Source: an uncultured virus (IMG/VR IMGVR_UViG_3300020472_003601) (lineage: Duplodnaviria; Heunggongvirae; Uroviricota; Caudoviricetes). Taken from it: DNA of 20,000 nucleotides. Below, piece after piece: positions 17,034-20,000 of the stretch; the stretch's first letter is position 1; every line of letters starts with the position of its first letter. The stretch is from IMG/VR virus record IMGVR_UViG_3300020472_003601; one strand, given 5' to 3'. The notes below the pieces were generated by a model. The model was not told where the DNA came from. It saw only the letters and a program-made list of their open reading frames with translations, and ran no database searches. A program made the translations under genes and the position numbers.

Positions 17034-17722
17034 GTATTTTTCGGATCTTGAAGCATAATTATTTTCTTATATAATTGGGGGCTTACAGTTTTTAGAAAAT
17101 TATGATTATTGTTCATAAAAAAATCAGCGAATCCAGTCGCGAAATATTCCCTCAGAGATGTGGCGGCATATGGGTTGATAAAGAGTCCCTGCATCAAATT
17201 GACCAACTTATCGTACCCGATATCTTCGTATAAGAACATGTCGAATTCTTGATTATATTCAACATTCATAAAGAAGGATTCGGGTGCCCTGAAGTTATTA
17301 GACCACAATATATCGTGTAAGTGCTTTCTTTTGCGCAAAAATTCATCTTTAATTTTGTTGTCACCATATAGCAAATATCCATTAGGTGTTTCTAACGAGT
17401 GCGATATTTCATGTATGATGTTTTCCAGCATACTATCATCATCGGTTTGAATATGTGAAAGGAAAATTGTACCTCCATCATAAAAGGCAGTCAAATCTCT
17501 TTCTTCAAATTCATCAAACCATCCAACAATAATCATCTCTATTTCAGATAATAAATGAGGAGGAAGGATATCCTCGACATTAGAGATTGTCTTTTCGACA
17601 TCTATCTCTTTAGGAGACATTGGCTCCTTGAAATATACATGTATGCCCGATGGAGTATAAAAATCAGCTGTCTGATTCTGGCGAGCTTTCTGTTTCTCTT
17701 GCAAATGTTTTATGAGCATCAT
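17030..17722 (-). CDS. Hypothetical protein with zincin-like metallopeptidase motif
   Basis: IIHEISH (HExxH, 17399-17413) and downstream YAATSLREYFATGF, resembling the third-ligand helix of gluzincin/ATLF-like peptidases. Confidence 0.6.
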   Translation of the reverse strand: MMLIKHLQEKQKARQNQTADFYTPSGIHVYFKEPMSPKEIDVEKTISNVEDILPPHLLSEIEMIIVGWFDEFEERDLTAFYDGGTIFLSHIQTDDDSMLENIIHEISHSLETPNGYLLYGDNKIKDEFLRKRKHLHDILWSNNFRAPESFFMNVEYNQEFDMFLYEDIGYDKLVNLMQGLFINPYAATSLREYFATGFADFFMNNNHNFLKTVSPQLYKKIIMLQDPKNT

Positions 17723-17963
17723 CTAATCCTAATTGGTATCCTCGCAAAAAGTTTTCTTCTGCGTAAGCATATGCGAACTCAGGAAATTCTGTTGCAATAG
17801 TCTCTGCTATCATGTTAACTGTGACTTCTTCTTGGTCCAAGCGAGTGCCGACATATTCCACTAACATGTCTTTAAGTTCGGAGTCAGGCTGCACAATCAT
17901 AGCTAGAAGTTCGTTTGTGTGTATTTCCTCTTCGGAAATAACCTTGTCGTCGGTAGTTGTCAT
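17664..17963 (-). CDS. Acidic hypothetical protein (99 aa)
   Basis: Has its own promoter and SD (AAGGA), and is co-oriented with its neighbours. No recognisable motif. Confidence 0.75.
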   Translation of the reverse strand: MTTTDDKVISEEEIHTNELLAMIVQPDSELKDMLVEYVGTRLDQEEVTVNMIAETIATEFPEFAYAYAEENFLRGYQLGLDDAHKTFARETESSPESDS

Positions 17964-17980
17964 TTTGTTTCCTTTTTAAT

Positions 17981-18009
17981 AATATAATATATTTTTTTGT
18001 ATTTGTCAA
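17981..18009 (-). promoter_or_regulatory. Near-consensus sigma70 promoter
   Basis: Minus strand: TTGACA (18009-18004), 17-nt spacer, TATATT (17986-17981), then AAGGA and ATG at 17963. Confidence 0.8.
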
Positions 18010-18016
18010 GAACTTA

Positions 18017-19354
18017 TCAAAGGACTTTTGAAGCCAAAGTTGCCAATTCAGAACGCTCACCCTTTCTGAACGTTACGTGACCTGATATTGGGTACTCTTT
18101 GAAGTTTTCTATAGCATGCGCTAATCCATTTGATGTTTCATTGACATATACATTATCGATCTGTTCTACATCACCGGTGAGAACGATTTTTGTACCCTCG
18201 CCGATACGTGTAATTATAGTTTTAACTTCGTGTTTTGTTAAATTTTGAGCCTCATCAATTACAATAAATGCATTCGCAATTGATCTACCTCTAATATAAG
18301 TCAAGGCTTCGACTTCAATTTTGCCTTTCTCCATATACATTTCAAGATTGGTGCGATCGCCCATCAAAAACTTAAGATTATCTTGTATGGGCATAAGCCA
18401 TGGCAACATTTTCTCTTCCATTGTTCCCGGAAGAAAGCCGATATCTTTTCCTAAAGGTTGAACTGGCCGGGATACTATTAGCCGAGAATAATGATTATTT
18501 TCACTGCGTAAGCCTATTGTTTGCTGTAATCCTGCGGCGATAGCACATAAAGTCTTACCGGAGCCGGCGCGACCGACCAGTGATACAATTTTTATATCCG
18601 GATCCATCAACATATCAATTGCGAACGCTTGTTCTTTGTTCCTGCCTGTTATGTTCCAATCTGGTATGTTCTTGTGTATTATGTTCTTTAAGGGCTGGTG
18701 GTGGCTATTAAAGCGCGCTAATGCTGATTTCTTGTCATTGGCATTGGATACCAACATTACATATTGATTTGGATGCCATAATTCCGAAGTCTCATCTTGT
18801 GGAATTATTATTTCTTCGCCAGCATAATACCTGTCAACCACCTGATCGTCAACTGCGTGGATTAAAAAGCCATTATATAACTCTTCGGAAGACCCAACAG
18901 CCTTTTCAGACGTATAGTCTTCAGCTTTTATTCCTATGGAATCGCAAATTACACGCATATTAATATCACGAGAAACTACAATAGTCTTCCTTTTTTCGTG
19001 GAAAGCTTGAATTGCTTTAGCTGTGGCGATTATGATATGATCCGGTATTCTCAAATCCAAATCAGGAGGAAAAATAGCTTCTTTGAGAATACTATAAGAT
19101 ATCACCTTGAGGATTCCTTGTCCCTTACCGATGCGGATACCAGTTTGTAGATCTCCCTTTATCCTCAATTCGTCCAATATGCGTATAAATCGCCGAGCAT
19201 TGGCACCAACCGAATCTTGTCTGGTTTTGTGTTTGTCTACTTCTTCTAGAACTTTTAAAGGGACGAAAATATCATGATTTTCGAACTTAAAGATCGATTC
19301 AGCATCCGTTAGATATACGCTAGTGTCTAAGACGTAATTCTTTTTTGTGGGCAT
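18017..19354 (-). CDS. phoH: PIN domain-PhoH ATPase fusion (PhoH2/YlaK-like)
   Basis: PIN part: YVLDTSV, VLEEVD, PDHIII, SRDINMRV. PhoH part: GRAGSGKT (Walker A), IGFLPG, YIRGRS, IDEAQN (Walker B), TGDVEQID. Confidence 0.93.
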   Translation of the reverse strand: MPTKKNYVLDTSVYLTDAESIFKFENHDIFVPLKVLEEVDKHKTRQDSVGANARRFIRILDELRIKGDLQTGIRIGKGQGILKVISYSILKEAIFPPDLDLRIPDHIIIATAKAIQAFHEKRKTIVVSRDINMRVICDSIGIKAEDYTSEKAVGSSEELYNGFLIHAVDDQVVDRYYAGEEIIIPQDETSELWHPNQYVMLVSNANDKKSALARFNSHHQPLKNIIHKNIPDWNITGRNKEQAFAIDMLMDPDIKIVSLVGRAGSGKTLCAIAAGLQQTIGLRSENNHYSRLIVSRPVQPLGKDIGFLPGTMEEKMLPWLMPIQDNLKFLMGDRTNLEMYMEKGKIEVEALTYIRGRSIANAFIVIDEAQNLTKHEVKTIITRIGEGTKIVLTGDVEQIDNVYVNETSNGLAHAIENFKEYPISGHVTFRKGERSELATLASKVL

Positions 19355-19374
19355 ATGTTACCTTGCTGATATAA

Positions 19375-19632
19375 TTAGTCGCATTTTTTGATTATTTGCC
19401 AATCAAATACCCAAACCACGGGTTTTTCGTTCTTTGAATATGGTACACCATGTTGGCGCAGTTTGTCAACTTCTTTTTTATTGACAATCTGAGCATTCCA
19501 TCCATCTACCCCGAGCTTGTGGTCTGTTTCCGACACTATATAACGACTCTTTAATAATACGCGAACATCGGGTCCTGCAAATGATTTTACTAATACTTTA
19601 TCGCCTTTCTGGTATCTCTTGCCCAACTTCAT
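19375..19632 (-). CDS. Small basic hypothetical protein (85 aa, possibly SH3-like)
   Basis: ATG at 19632 gives MKLGKRYQKGDKVLVK..., where KGDKV is typical of small beta-barrels. The longer ORF-track N-terminus looks like a non-coding extension. Confidence 0.6.
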   Translation of the reverse strand: MKLGKRYQKGDKVLVKSFAGPDVRVLLKSRYIVSETDHKLGVDGWNAQIVNKKEVDKLRQHGVPYSKNEKPVVWVFDWQIIKKCD

Positions 19633-19747
19633 GAATCTTCTCGATAGCAAAATTAGCATTTTGCGGAATAAACAAAACACGCAAACAAAAGAACGCGGCA
19701 ATAAACATTGACATTGCTAAAACTAATAATTCGGCGACGTTCTTCAC
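19598..19747 (-). CDS. Putative small single-pass membrane protein (49 aa)
   Basis: GTG at 19747 gives MKNVAELLVLAMSMFIAAFFCLRVLFIPQ.... It fills the gap after tRNA-Gly and overlaps the next gene by 35 nt. No clear SD. Confidence 0.45.
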   Translation of the reverse strand: MKNVAELLVLAMSMFIAAFFCLRVLFIPQNANFAIEKIHEVGQEIPERR

Positions 19748-19774
19748 ATAAGTAATTATGTCGTAAACAAAAAA

Positions 19775-19849
19775 TGGAGCGGAAGACGAGATTTGAACTC
19801 GCGACATCCACGTTGGCAACGTGGGGCTCTACCACTGAGCTACTTCCGC
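19775..19849 (-). tRNA. tRNA-Gly(GCC)
   Basis: GCGGAAG TA GCTC AGTGGTA GAGC C CCACG TTGCCAA CGTGG ATGTC GCGAG TTCAAAT CTCGT CTTCCGC T CCA: canonical cloverleaf, U73, encoded CCA. Confidence 0.97.
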
Positions 19850-19850
19850 A

Positions 19851-19927
19851 TGGCTGGGGCAGTTGGACTCGAACCAACAACGGCCGGGGTAACAACCCGG
19901 TGCACCTGCCTGTGGCGCTTCACCCCA
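19851..19927 (-). tRNA. tRNA-Asn(GTT), atypical D-arm
   Basis: TGGGGTG AA GCGCC ACAGGCA GGTGC A CCGGG TTGTTAC CCCGG CCGTT GTTGG TTCGAGT CCAAC TGCCCCA G CCA: U1-A72, G73, encoded CCA. Confidence 0.9.
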
Positions 19928-20000
19928 ATAACGACTTTTCTGCCATGGACTAGGTAAGTCGACAACCTCTGCCTGCGTGACGATCGGCAGCCACGTCCTG

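Noticed and set aside
275..18963. Numerous plus-strand ORFs of 60-164 aa (for example 9289-9783, 2679-3059, 15434-15823)
   Set aside because: All lie antisense to motif-bearing minus-strand genes and show no recognisable motifs, so they are treated as shadow ORFs.
19808..19824. Inverted repeat CCACGTT-GGC-AACGTGG
   Set aside because: It is simply the tRNA-Gly anticodon arm.
19598..19895. ORF-track ORFs 19653-19895, the full-length 19598-19819 and the 5' extension of 19375-19701
   Set aside because: The first two run through the tRNA genes. The third overlaps the small membrane ORF and has a better ATG at 19632.
19775..19927. tRNAs as a prophage or island integration site
   Set aside because: No integrase and no duplicated tRNA 3' end were seen in the window.
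1..20000. Alternative genetic code (stop-codon recoding, as in some large phages)
   Set aside because: Genes are full length under code 11, and TAA, TGA and TAG (for example at 2652) all end genes at sensible positions.

Overview
Gene-dense window of roughly 38-40% GC (estimated by eye). All convincing genes lie on the minus strand. In transcription order (right to left): a tandem tRNA-Asn(GUU)/tRNA-Gly(GCC) pair, two small ORFs, a PIN-PhoH ATPase, an acidic hypothetical protein, an HExxH zincin-like protein, then a perfect-consensus sigma70 promoter ahead of a 4-Cys PD-(D/E)XK nuclease and about 16 kb of tightly coupled glycan genes that run off the left edge. The glycan block holds GT4, a GT4-GT2 fusion, two GT-A-like proteins, GT47-like, GT25, GT10, GT9-like, hldD, hldC, hldA, a small HAD phosphatase, a cupin, WavE, two methyltransferase-like proteins, a BcbE-like nucleotidyltransferase, a second HAD, a GDPD-like protein, a sulfotransferase-like protein and a GDP-mannose 3,5-epimerase-like SDR. 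I recognise no flippase, polymerase, ABC exporter or initiating transferase. This absence, plus PhoH, CCA-encoding tRNAs, a solo Cas4-like nuclease and consensus promoters, suggests a large bacteriophage (inference; no virion gene is in the window). The most notable candidate system is a five-gene ADP-heptose module lacking gmhA and gmhB, where a lyxose-isomerase-like cupin and a minimal HAD may replace them. All family calls come from motif recognition, not database searches.
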